This document shows, one piece after another, positions 28,402 through 39,267 of a DNA stretch of 64,000 bases. Each line of letters opens with the position of its first letter. Within the stretch, counting starts at the first letter, position 1. This DNA comes from Porphyridium purpureum (Eukaryota): the NCBI GenBank assembly GCA_008690995.1, contig VRMN01000013.1, forward strand, positions 186,001 to 250,000, given 5' to 3'. A model generated the notes under the pieces. It made no database searches. It had not been told where the DNA came from and saw only the letters and a list, made by a program, of their open reading frames with translations. The translations under genes and the position numbers were made by a program.

Positions 28402-29292
28402 ATGGTCGAAGTTCTGTTCGTTGGTGGCGCTGCGCTCGTTGGTGGAGCTCGGTCTGCGCCGAGCGTCTCTGCGTCCCCAAGAGCGCCGTGTAGTGTGGGA
28501 AGTCAGAGATGGGGTCGTTGTGGCGGGCGGGCGACTCATCGCAGCGCTGTGGCCCTCGCTCTGCGCAAGAAGCAGGCGTGCGTCTGGATGCAGCAGCAGA
28601 GTGAGGATGGCGACAGCGGGGTGGTGATTGATGTCGACGCAAAAGTCGGCGAGTACTCGTTGGAGCAGTTGAAGCAGCGTTTCGTACTGGCCACCGCAGA
28701 CACCAATCGCGGATTTGCTGCCGACGCGGCGAGGCAAAAGGTTATTATGCAAATGATTGAAGAGCTGGAGGCGCGAAGTACGAGCGCGACACCGCTGGAT
28801 GACGCGCTGTTCCTCGGCGAATGGTCACTGATTTACACAAACTCGTTGGACGTGCTGTCGCTGGGCCTCCTCGCGCCTGTCGCGGGACTGGGGCGGATTT
28901 TCCAAAACGTGGAACGCGCGGCCACAGGCGCACAGCACGAGTTTGACATATTTAATATTGTGGAGCTCGAACCGCCCTTCCAGGTGGTGCTGTCCCCCCT
29001 GGGACTCGGTCCCACCCGATCTGTGCTACGTGTTGAAGCCGAGGGTTCTCGGGGTGACCAAGATGACCAGCTGCTGAATCTGCGTTTTATGCGAAGCAAC
29101 CTGACGGCAGCCAGCATTGCTGGTATGAAGCTGCAGCTGCCCAAGCTGTCCGCCTCGCTTGGTGGGCAGGCCGTCGGCTATGTGAGAACGACATTTCTTG
29201 ATGAAGACCTGAGATTTGCCCGCAGCGCGCCCACTCGCTTTAACGAAAATGGGACGCTCTTTTGCCTCAAACGATGCACGACGGATAGTTAG
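28402..29292 (+). CDS. Plastid lipid-associated protein / PAP-fibrillin
   Basis: Transit-peptide-like N-terminus, TNRG...IEELEA, LGEWSLIYTN, TTFLDEDLRFAR. Confidence 0.9.
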   Translation: MVEVLFVGGAALVGGARSAPSVSASPRAPCSVGSQRWGRCGGRATHRSAVALALRKKQACVWMQQQSEDGDSGVVIDVDAKVGEYSLEQLKQRFVLATADTNRGFAADAARQKVIMQMIEELEARSTSATPLDDALFLGEWSLIYTNSLDVLSLGLLAPVAGLGRIFQNVERAATGAQHEFDIFNIVELEPPFQVVLSPLGLGPTRSVLRVEAEGSRGDQDDQLLNLRFMRSNLTAASIAGMKLQLPKLSASLGGQAVGYVRTTFLDEDLRFARSAPTRFNENGTLFCLKRCTTDS

Positions 29293-30439
29293 CTATATAC
29301 TGAAAACAGCTGAGAGCGGAGCCAAGCCGTGCAGACTATCGCCTCGCTTTTATCTGACCCTACCAGCTCTCTTGTCCGACGTACAGGAGTGGTTTGTGTC
29401 GAAACGTTCTCATCAAGGGGCTTTGATCTATTGTCGGTTGGAAAGCATTCTTACAGATGTTGCCGTTTTTTCATCCATGCGTTTCATTGATCGACTGCGC
29501 GACCTTTTCGTTGGGCGGGGCTTCGCAGGCTTTCTTGCTCACACTCTTCATGGCGGAGTGGGGGTCACCAAACGAAATGAGTCTGATATTTTAGGCAAGG
29601 ACGCAAGCTCAATTCTGCCACGTCCTTGGCTTTGTCTAGTTTTCTGAGATCTGTATCAATCTCGGCTCGCTCCGCTCCAGACTGGACTGTTTGGCCACAT
29701 CTCTCGTCGAATCGGCCAGCCAAGGGTTGGAGGTTTCTGCGTCGTTGCGTGTGAGTATGTTTGTGTGTGTTCGGAGACTGTGAGCTTGTGTGCGGAACAG
29801 ACCCGGCGGATTGATCCTTAAACAAATATCCTACTTGGCCGGAGACCCTGTCATGTTTGCGTGGAATACAGCTGCACATAACGTCCACGTGCATTTTGAG
29901 GAAGAGCGCGTTGTGTCGGGTGAGCCAGTTTGCGTCCTGGTCTGACGGCAAGTAACGGATTCCTCCCTCACGCGCAGATCGATGCTTTTGTTTTCACTCC
30001 GAAACGTGCGTGATTCCGCACACCGAACCGTCGCTGTAAACTAGTAAACCCACGCTCATTTTACAAAGCGTCGTTTGTAAGTGTTCAAGTGGACTTGGAC
30101 GGGAAAAGCCGAATCCGTCCTGACACAGGATAGGAACGCTCTGACTGGGACAAGGCAGCTTGGCATTGCGTGAGATCGATCCAGTAATTCATGCAGCGCT
30201 CACGATAACGAAGACACAAGGAGCAGTCTTCATGGCGGTATGAGCTGGCATGTGCTCGCGGTTTTCAGTCCGGCAGTGTAATGGACAAGAATAAATTGGT
30301 GTCCGCCTGCGCGAGTCTCAACACGGCAAACACGAACTTGTGGGCCTCGCACATGCCTCCACCAAGCATTGTCTCAGTGACTTTCCCTGTCTACGCACGC
30401 TTGCTTCATTCAGCGCGTCTTACTTGCACCAAGGCGTGG

Positions 30440-30447
30440 TATAAAAA
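30440..30447 (+). promoter_or_regulatory. TATA box upstream of the 73-aa ORF
   Basis: TATAAAAA about 135 bp before ATG 30577, followed by an A-rich leader. Confidence 0.55.
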
Positions 30448-30576
30448 GAAGTAGCCAACGCCTAGAGCCGGCTCGCTTCCCTCCACGCGCTGAGTTTAGA
30501 GCAGCAGATCACAGGACGAAAAAAGCAAGGGGCAGACGCTCACATCAGAAACCAGGAGCAGCAGTACGCCGAAAAG

Positions 30577-30798
30577 ATGAACACCCAAAGGGGAAGCCGG
30601 TCTGGCAAAATCAATCCAATAGCTACAGCCGTGCAGAACGAAATACGTTTCAAAGTCCTGGACTATGCCTGGCCAAAGCCATGCACAAGACTGCCTAAAT
30701 TCAAACCGTCACTGGCCGCTATTCCGGAAGAAGACGAGGAGAAAGACGGCATGATGAACTCAGATTCACAGGAGGTCTCCAGGACGAATTCAAGCTGA
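30577..30798 (+). CDS. Small protein (73 aa) with FKPSLAAIPEE (LxxIxE) motif
   Basis: ATG in A-rich context downstream of a TATA box. The motif is shared with the next ORF. Confidence 0.6.
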   Translation: MNTQRGSRSGKINPIATAVQNEIRFKVLDYAWPKPCTRLPKFKPSLAAIPEEDEEKDGMMNSDSQEVSRTNSS

Positions 30799-31282
30799 TC
30801 TTAGAGGACAAAAACCGCTTTGAATGCTTCGTAAGACTTGCACAGGACCCACGCAGACGCTTGTGACACTGAAAGACTGATCCCTGCGTTCGCTGAAAAG
30901 ATTCACTTGTAAAGTTCACAGTTCCGTCGAATGAAATTTTCCAAACCAAGTCCTGGATTGAGCGAGTGGCGAACTTGGCGGACGGACGTTCTGGCACTTC
31001 GTCAGTCAAGATTCACGCCATCGACCTGGCAGGTCGCGCATATGATCCATTAAACACGCCAGAGGCTAGTCGGATTGACTATCGATGTGCGGCCCTTAGA
31101 AGAGGGCCTACCGGAGCACCAGAGTCTTCATTTGGTGTCCGTTCCATTCTAGATGCACGGCTGCTGCTCAGATGCAGTACAAGAACACAGAAAGTTACAC
31201 AGTGAGCACGCTCAGACGCGATCAGCAAGCAAGCAGGCAAGAATAGCAAAAGCTGCGACATCAACAATTGCACCAGTATACG

Positions 31283-31558
31283 ATGCAGGGGAGCAGCTAC
31301 AGCCGCTCAGAACGAGATTCGGTTCAACGTTTCCGACCGTGCGCAGCCAAAGATGCGTGCAAGGCGAGCAAGGTTCCAGTCATTGCTCTGCCAGCTATTC
31401 CGGAAGAGACCGAAACCAATCAAGGCGCCATGTCTTCATATACGCGATCGCGACGGTCGATGTCAAGCCCATCTGACAGTTTCGGGGAGCTGCACATCGT
31501 AAGTTGCCAAGGTGCGTGCGAGACGCTCCTTTATCGGAAACGCATACTTTCGACATAG
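31283..31558 (+). CDS. Small protein (91 aa) with IALPAIPEE (LxxIxE) motif
   Basis: A-rich leader. Shares GCTATTCCGGAAGA (AIPEE) with the 30577 ORF. Confidence 0.45.
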   Translation: MQGSSYSRSERDSVQRFRPCAAKDACKASKVPVIALPAIPEETETNQGAMSSYTRSRRSMSSPSDSFGELHIVSCQGACETLLYRKRILST

Positions 31559-31695
31559 CGCTATTATCATAAAGACCTTCAAGGTCAGCCACCCAGACGT
31601 GTCGCCGAATCGAACAAACCAAGAAGTGTTCGCTCCGCTGGGTTCGAACGCGATTTTAGACAAGCAGAATGCGTACATTGAAGGACATGTTTAAG

Positions 31696-32202
31696 TTATA
31701 CTTGATAGAAGCTTAGGAAGCCCGGGTGCTCCGGGCAGGATTGGAACGTTATGACAACAGTGTCTCTGTTTCCACTGCTCCTTCGCAACTCGACTGGACT
31801 GTCGTCCGTCTCTCTTGTCTGCAAATTATCACCTTCTTCGTTTTTGTGACTGTCGTCATCGCCAAAACTCGCGAGGAGCTTGTCCAGCTCAGAGAGTCCC
31901 TCCTGGGCTGTTCGCGAAGATTTCATCGCGCTACGTAGAGATGCTTGCTTGACGCCAAGATTGCCCCTGAAATGGCTGACGTGGTCTGTATGCTTTTGAG
32001 CAAGCACGTCTGCCCTCGGCCGTGGCTTCTGATTAGCCGATGGGCGGGGCGATGCAGGAAGCGACAACGAAGACATGGTGCATCCGAGACCCGCGCCGCC
32101 AACCCTGGCGCCTTGATTTTCGCACCGTGGGCGACACGGCGCTTCCAGTACGTTCTGCGTCATATTCCCTTTGCCGGTAATCACTTTACCTGCCCTCGCC
32201 AT
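31696..32202 (-). CDS. Hypothetical disordered protein (168 aa, or 126 aa from ATG 32076)
   Basis: ATG-initiated ORF with protein-like composition. GTAC promoter elements lie upstream (32564-32620). No recognisable domain. Confidence 0.45.
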   Translation of the reverse strand: MARAGKVITGKGNMTQNVLEAPCRPRCENQGARVGGAGLGCTMSSLSLPASPRPSANQKPRPRADVLAQKHTDHVSHFRGNLGVKQASLRSAMKSSRTAQEGLSELDKLLASFGDDDSHKNEEGDNLQTRETDDSPVELRRSSGNRDTVVITFQSCPEHPGFLSFYQV

Positions 32203-32706
32203 TTTCGCATTCTTGCACTCACGCCATCAAGACGTACGGCGCCCTCTCACTTCTCCTCCCACGTCCCGGAACGCGCTTATATGCGCGAGCGTTACACGAG
32301 GTGTCTGCGTCGTGTAGCCAAGGCAGCCGGCGCTCTGGGCTGCTTTGCGTCCTTCGTGGCGTTTAACCGGTGTGAGTGAGCACACGCGCGCGTGCGCAGT
32401 TAACACCCGAGTCCATGCGGATGCCGACGGCCACGCAGCAGACTCGTGCGCAACGTGGCTCCATCCTGTCCGCGTGATGCCGCTTCAGCCGACACGCACC
32501 AAATTCAACGCAGCCGGAAACAAACGCATGCGTGCCACCTCAGCAAACTGAACACGCACGCAAGTACAGTCAGCGGGAAAAGGTGGGGGAGGAAACACAG
32601 AAACAGCAGCTGTACCTCTGTTTCCATCCTTCCTACTAAAACCCGCGCGTTTGATTATGAAAATTCCGATGAAAATAATGATGCCCCTCCCCCCCCCTGA
32701 AGACGC

Positions 32707-32778
32707 GGGTGTACAGTGATGACGCCAAGCGCAAAAGTACAGTGTGTACACTAAATTTCCATGTACAGTGTGTACACT
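32707..32778 (+). promoter_or_regulatory. GTACAG-element cluster upstream of the PPR gene
   Basis: GGGTGTACAGTGATG (32707) plus two direct copies of GTACAGTGTGTACACT (32737, 32763). Confidence 0.6.
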
Positions 32779-32846
32779 GAATCGCAGTCGAGCCAGCCGG
32801 TTTGGGTGTTGGACGCGTCGGGAGATGTGCGCATGTTGTAGAGCGT

Positions 32847-35714
32847 ATGGAGACAACCAGCGCGTTTGCGTGCTGCATGTGCACGAAATCGCGCGGACCG
32901 AACGCACGCGCGCTCCGTGGAGACACCCAAGGGCGTCCGAGCAGCGCCAAACACGCGCAAGAGCGCGGCCAGACCGCGGCATGGAGCGCGGCCGTGAAAC
33001 GCTCGCGCGAGCTGCGCCGCGCGCGGCGCGTCAGTGACGCACGCGCAGTGCTCGATGATGCAGGCGTGCAAGCGGCTCCGTACTCGTGGGCGACGAACGA
33101 GCTTCTGGCCGTGTTGCTCGCCCAGAACCATCCAGACGCATTGGCGCTGGCGCAGCAAATTCTGGTGGGGCCCAGAGTGAGCCGTCCGATCAAACCTTTG
33201 CGAGGCGGCTTTGACACGGGGACGCTAAATTTGGCGCTTCGAGTGGCGCAGCGGCTGCCAGTAGCTGCGAACGCGCGGCTTGTATTTGCTTTGCACATGA
33301 TCCGCCGCGCTCGCGCCAGCCAGGCGCCTCTCAATGCCTTCTCGGTGTCCTGCTTTGCTTCACTGTGTATGCCGCGCCTGCGCCTTGCTGCGGCGCTGGC
33401 CGTGAAGCGCATGGCCGCAGAGGCAAGCGACTTGGACACGGTGGCATATACTACATTGGTGGAGCTGGCCGGAAAGGCACAACGCACGCACATCATGGAG
33501 ACTTTGTTCGCAGAGATGATGCGACAAAGTGTCGCGCCGAATGTGCGCACATTCTGCGCCATGATGCGCGGTTACATGGCGGTGGCACAGTACGACAATG
33601 CAATGGCAGTGTGGAAGATCATGCGCGCCCCGCCATTCCTCGAGCAGCGCGCGTGTACGCCGGATGCGTTTGCCTTTGGAGTCGCGGCCGAACTCTGTGC
33701 GCGAACGCGCAGCCTGAGTGACGCGCAGACATTAGCGAGCCAGCTCAGTGACTTGCGGGTCACGCCGGACGCTCACTTTCTTGGTGGGATGGCGCTGACA
33801 TACCTTGAAGCAAGCGAGCCGTGTGAAACAAATGACGACACAGAAAGCGATACTCGCATCCGCACGGCGTACGCATGGATTCGCCAGAGTGTTTGCCTTG
33901 GCCATGGCATGCGCGCCCAGGTCATCTTGAGATACATCCAGGCGTGCAGCAACGCTACGGACAGAAATGTTCGATTCAGAAAGAGGAGTTCGCGTCATTT
34001 ATTGCGCCTAGTGGCGCTGTTGCGAAAACAGCAGAGGAGTCGCGCCACTCTCAGTCGGAGCAAGCGGCAACCCGCGTTATCCGTCGACGATGACTCGGAC
34101 CGAACAACTGTCCTCGTGCATTTGCTACGCGCGCTCGCGCAAGGACATCAGGTTGCATTGGGCTTTCGGATTGCCGAGTATTGCGGGACCGATTCGCCGG
34201 CGGTGAATGCGGCGCTGCTGTGGGGCTGCCGCCATGCTTCTGACGGCGTCAAGCTTGCTTTTAGGCATGCTGAGCAGGTACTGATGCAGAAGGGCACGAC
34301 CTTTGGCAGTGCACGACGAAGCGAAGTACCGGGTTTAGACATGACCTGCGCATATCATTTGCTGGAGGTGTGCGCACTAAATCAAGATTGCCGCTCAATG
34401 GACCGAGCGTGGAATCTGCTTTTCGGAGACTCGACGTCCAAGCTGGCTCCGGACGCGCATTCGTATCATTTGCGGCTGTGCGTAGAACGTGACTTTGCTC
34501 GCGTCGTGGCGCAGTTGCGTCAGATGGTTCGTATGGGTACTGTGCTACAGCCGGAGAGTCTGGTATATTTGTTTGGTCTTATCCGATGGGACGATAGTGC
34601 GGAAAGAACGAACCAACTGAATGAATTTTCGGCGTGCGCTGCGATGATGATAGCGCAGCAGCAGTCTCAGAGCGAGCAGGAATTTCATATTGCCACATGC
34701 TGTCTGCGCATGTACAATGCGGCGGCGCAAACACTCGATTCTGCGCAAATTACTGTCCTACACGAGCTTGTTTGGGACGCGCTACCAGAGCAAGAATTTT
34801 GCACGGCCTTTCGTGGCATAACCGTGGTGGACAGTGATGCTGGAGAAGCATCCGGGAACGCCAAGGCACCGTATGCGAGCGCGAGTCGCGTCGTTGTGGA
34901 AGCGCTGCTCGAGGCGGTGCGGATTGATTCCAAATCTTCGCAAGAGGCGCTGCGCATGGCACGGCGTGTGTTTGACGTCTGCGGTGACAATGCAGATACG
35001 CGGACTTTTTGCGCCATGATTTGTCTCTCCGCGCGAGCGCTCGACACACGGCTTGCGGTTCATCTCGTGTACCGCATGCGCAGTCTCGGCAAACTACCTT
35101 CGCCGCTCGCGTACCAGGAGCTGGTGGATCAGTGCATAGAACAGAGGCGCCTTGAGCGCGCGATACAATTATTTGCAGACGCTGTAACTGCGGGCTCTCC
35201 AGCCGATGTGGCATTGCCGGCAGGGAATCAGAACACGAGTCTTCAAAATGACGCCATGCCTATGTCGGCGAATGGGTACGTAGCTTCGCGCATCATACGT
35301 GCGTGTGGGCGCGAAGGGCGGCTGGAGCGCGCCGCAGAGGTGTTTCAGCTGGTGTTAACGACGCGCAGCGACGCCTCGCATGTCGCAGTGTTCAACGCGT
35401 ACTTGTATGTTCTGGGAATGGCGCGTCGGCCGGCGGACGCATTGCTTGTGTTCCAACAGCTCCAGCAGCATGCTCAGCTACGCGCTGACGCTGTAACCTA
35501 CAGCTGCCTGGCATCCGTTCTGCTCAAAAATCGCACACCCAAGCCGGACATCGCGACCGTCGTAATGGCACACACATGGTTAGCCAAGTACATTGCCACG
35601 CACGAGCCGACGGCCGACGAGCGCGGCGAATCGATGTACAAGCTAAAGCGCAAGCTCGAGCGTCTCGACGGGATGCTAAGCAGGTATGAGGATACAGAGG
35701 ACACCGGCCAGTGA
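32847..35714 (+). CDS. Pentatricopeptide-repeat protein, organelle-targeted
   Basis: PPR units DTVAYTTLVELAGK, PNVRTFCAMMRGY, PDAFAFG, IIRACGREGRLERAAEVF, ADAVTYSCL. Confidence 0.88.
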   Translation: METTSAFACCMCTKSRGPNARALRGDTQGRPSSAKHAQERGQTAAWSAAVKRSRELRRARRVSDARAVLDDAGVQAAPYSWATNELLAVLLAQNHPDALALAQQILVGPRVSRPIKPLRGGFDTGTLNLALRVAQRLPVAANARLVFALHMIRRARASQAPLNAFSVSCFASLCMPRLRLAAALAVKRMAAEASDLDTVAYTTLVELAGKAQRTHIMETLFAEMMRQSVAPNVRTFCAMMRGYMAVAQYDNAMAVWKIMRAPPFLEQRACTPDAFAFGVAAELCARTRSLSDAQTLASQLSDLRVTPDAHFLGGMALTYLEASEPCETNDDTESDTRIRTAYAWIRQSVCLGHGMRAQVILRYIQACSNATDRNVRFRKRSSRHLLRLVALLRKQQRSRATLSRSKRQPALSVDDDSDRTTVLVHLLRALAQGHQVALGFRIAEYCGTDSPAVNAALLWGCRHASDGVKLAFRHAEQVLMQKGTTFGSARRSEVPGLDMTCAYHLLEVCALNQDCRSMDRAWNLLFGDSTSKLAPDAHSYHLRLCVERDFARVVAQLRQMVRMGTVLQPESLVYLFGLIRWDDSAERTNQLNEFSACAAMMIAQQQSQSEQEFHIATCCLRMYNAAAQTLDSAQITVLHELVWDALPEQEFCTAFRGITVVDSDAGEASGNAKAPYASASRVVVEALLEAVRIDSKSSQEALRMARRVFDVCGDNADTRTFCAMICLSARALDTRLAVHLVYRMRSLGKLPSPLAYQELVDQCIEQRRLERAIQLFADAVTAGSPADVALPAGNQNTSLQNDAMPMSANGYVASRIIRACGREGRLERAAEVFQLVLTTRSDASHVAVFNAYLYVLGMARRPADALLVFQQLQQHAQLRADAVTYSCLASVLLKNRTPKPDIATVVMAHTWLAKYIATHEPTADERGESMYKLKRKLERLDGMLSRYEDTEDTGQ

Positions 35715-35880
35715 CGCGATTCATTATACCTATCCTGTGCGCAACAGCGAGCGCGTGCGCCACCTCCGCTGTACTTCGCGCCAACACGCATGCGCAGTGT
35801 CAAACCATTCGGAAGCGTCCACCCATCATGTCGCTGTCTCTGAGTGTGTGCTTGTCGCCTTTCAAATATGCAATATTTCT

Positions 35881-36865
35881 TTACTGGGTGGATGCCTTCT
35901 TGCTGACGCGAAAGTTACCCACCACGACGGCATGGTCGCGCTCAAACGGTTCTAGCGTAATTTGTTCTCTGGGCTTGAATTTTTCGTCCTGCAGCTTTTT
36001 GACCTCCTTGGCAAACACAAGCGCTGGTTCAATGGTGGAGTCAATGCACGAAGCCTTGATCGAGATCATAAAGGCACCTCCAGTTTTGAGGAAGAATTGA
36101 GCATTGTACGCCACGATGCGCGCCTGGTCCGGCTGCGCCACGTCCGAAAAGATCACGTCCACCATGGGCAGGAGCATGCGATATTTGGTGGGATGACGCG
36201 CATCCTCGATGATCGGAATCACATTTGGTCTTTTCTTGGCCATATTCACCAGGTCGCGACCCGAGCGGTGGGAAAACTCGACCGCGTATACTGCGCCATC
36301 GGGTCCCACCAAGTCGGCTACGTGACTCACGGTGGTGCCCGACGCAGCGCCGAGATACAGCACTTTACTGCCGGGCTTCATGTAGATCTCACCGATACCG
36401 CCGAGAATTGCGGCGGCAATCTTTGAACGGAAAGGGTTCCAGACGCGATACTCGATCTTCTCCTTGAGCACTCCGGACGGCGCGTTTTCGTCTGGCTTCT
36501 CGACCTCGACACTGATCCGTTTCTCGCCGTAGACCGACTCACCTGGAACGAGGTTGCGCGTGCACAACGCGTCCTCCTTGCCGCGCGCGACAAACACGCC
36601 AAGATGGCGATGTGGCTCGACGAGCGTCTTTGCGCCGCCTTTCATGCCCCCGCGCCCGCCGGGCTTTCCGATCCCGCCGCGCCCGCGCCCTGCACCACCA
36701 CCACGCGCACCTCCGCCGCGCCCACGCCCTCGCGCGCCGAAGTTGCCGCCTCCGCGCGCGCCACCGCGACGCGCCAAACCCGCCACGTGCCCCACCGCGG
36801 CCACCGCTACCGCCACCAAACCCGCCGCCGCCGCCACCGCCGCGCGGAGTTGGTGTGAACGCCAT
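35881..36865 (-). CDS. FBL: Fibrillarin / Nop1 rRNA 2'-O-methyltransferase, with an apparent frameshift in the GAR domain at 36769-36772
   Basis: RGG-rich N-terminus, [54 protein letters not shown]. The start [11 protein letters not shown] at 36865 is in a different frame from the body. Confidence 0.96.
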
Positions 36866-39267
36866 GTCCGCGCCCCGCACCGAGATCCACCCCGCCGTCT
36901 GCCCACCGCCGACGCCGCCAACACACACACACACACTCTCTCTCTCCGTCTCACACGCTCCGTGCCCGTCGCCCGCCACTGCCCGCACGCGCGCCCGCAC
37001 GGCCGACATCACTGTACACCCCCCGTGTTCAGCCTGATGTCACGCGGTTCACTGTACCTGATTTAATCTGATCAAACGCACACATTTTAATAGAGACAGT
37101 GGTAACTGTACCTTCGACTCGTGTAAGTACTGCGGCACGGAGCGGGGCGCTGTACCTTTCCGGCTTCGATGGTCACGCAGCAGTGGAGCAGAGCGGTGCT
37201 GGTGTGCCTGCGTTCGACGAGCATGGCGGCGGCTTTATGTCTGTAAAGTGGCGGTCATACGTGTCTCAGTCGCTCTGGTCCCGCCCATACTCCGTCGTGT
37301 TTGCGTTCAGCCAGCTCTCAAGTACCGTGGGTTCCAGCTCCGGGGACCAATGGCGGCGATGTTGTGATTTCGCCACATCAGCAACCAGGGCGCGGTCACC
37401 GCTTCCGCCGCGTGACCGTGCATAAAGTAGCTCGCGCTTGATGGCTGGTGCATCTTTGCAAACTGGACCGATTGAATTCACGCCAGGTCAGCATTGTCTG
37501 TACGGATGATGCTCTTCCGCGTACCCGGCTCTAGTGTCCGCTGCAGTAATTGCTTCAGAAATCCGCGCGCGCGAGCCTCTGGCGGGCATGGAGACGCAGC
37601 GTCGTCGCGGTGTCGAAAGTAGTGTTTCACAGATTTTAGCGGAATGTCGCTGATGTCTGAAAAAAGCCTTTCGCTTGATCAAGTCGACAAGCCGGTCCGT
37701 CGGGTCCAAGCCGGATACGAAAAACATTGCTCGTCTTTGTCTTGAATACGCAGCCAGTCGTACTTGCTTCGGTTGGTCCACAGACAGTCATTGATGGACG
37801 TGGAGTAAGCGTGGTCGTGCGGCACACCGCAGCAGGCGTGAGCCCGCTGGATGATTGTGACGCAACGGTCACTGACAAATGTTCTCGAAAAGCTGTTCCG
37901 TGCTGTCGTCCTGCAAATATGCTAGTGGTCAACATCATGCGCAAATTGGTACATCAACCACTCGATCACGAGCTAGCATACCCACATACCGCGAGAGTGC
38001 AAAGCCGTGGGTCCGGCTTCAGAGGATGCCCCACCGAGCTTCTACGGGGCTCGCTTTCAATCCACGCAGGCGTATCCAGGCAAAATCCAATGATTCGCAG
38101 ATGTTTTTACGGCAGATAACAGCACGCGTGTGCGTCCGTCAAATCCCATCACAACTTGTTCGCGCCGCACTGGCATCACCGCACGCGGCGATGCGACCAG
38201 TCGACGAGCGCACGCACGCGCGTCGTGAAGACATCCTGTTCCGGTACACAAACTGAATTTACGGTGGCCACTTGACGGACTAGCTTCGTGTCCGTCAACA
38301 GTGCTGATGTTAATAGAGCGACGCGTGTCAGTTGTGGCACACGCACGTGTGACGTGGTGACACGAGAAAGAGTCACAGTCGCCGAGCTAGCGCATTAGAA
38401 CAATCGCAATGCGCCATCGAATGCGCGCAAGCGATGCTGGAAGAATAATCACCTTTCGTGAGAGGCGGAATGCGTCCTCGCATGTCGCACCGGCAGAGAA
38501 CAGCGTCCGGGGTTGCTGCGTGTCAGGCAAAACAAAGATACCTGGTGAAGAAAGAAGGCTGTGAGCGGTGCGAAAGCGCTCAGCGCAGAGGTTAGAACGT
38601 TGCAAACTTGCACGCATGACTGACGGGTAAAGCCCGAACGGTGTTCAATCTAATCCTTTCATGCATATCATGTTGTTCACGCACCTCCACAACGGCAAGA
38701 ACAACCGGCTGTGAGCGATGCACGCGGTCGCAAAGAGGCAGATCAGAAGATTCTTTGAGACATCGTGTAAAAGTGCCAAGGCCAAGCACAATGCCTTGTG
38801 CGACCAGACACGTGCAAGGTACATATCTACTCTCACTAATCGCCCGCTGCATCCCGGACAGTTCGAGATCCTGCTCGGGACGGGCAAGAAAAGAAAGTCC
38901 GATATACCTCGAGGCTCTTGGTAGCGGAAGCGGCTGCGTCCAAAGACGATGGAGCGGCGGGTCTTGGTCGCTCATGTCCATGCTGTCGCAAGCTGTCCAT
39001 AACGACACGCGGAATCCTTTTACCCGGCATCCAACCCGGCAGCCGAAGCAAAAGTACAGTGCATGAGGTACAGTGTAAGACCCGAGAGGTTTGTGGCTAC
39101 TTGAACTGATAAACCGATAACGAATGGGAGTGAGGAGTATATTAAAAGAGGCATGTTTTAATATGACAAAGGTACTGTTCGCTGTACCTCTGTGTTCAGT
39201 GGTTTGTGTGTGCACGCAGATGGAAAAGCAGGGGAGAGGGCGAGAGCGAGAGCGGAAGGGAGAAAGA

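Noticed and set aside
31626..31660. GGTTCGAA T-loop-like motifs (also ~6155 and ~62390) as tRNA genes
   Set aside because: No cloverleaf or A-box at the proper spacing.
36765..36780. Programmed ribosomal frameshift in fibrillarin
   Set aside because: No slippery heptamer. The pattern fits loss of G in GG dinucleotides, that is, sequencing error.
32707..37021. 15-bp perfect inverted repeat (GGGTGTACAGTGATG) flanking the PPR and fibrillarin genes, suggesting transposon TIRs
   Set aside because: No transposase and no target-site duplication. The repeat is the recurrent promoter element lying upstream of each of two convergent genes.
37266..37781. In-frame TGA after Cys (QC*PG) as possible selenocysteine
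   Set aside because: No recognisable selenoprotein fold, no ATG-anchored gene structure and no identifiable SECIS; other stops flank the frame.
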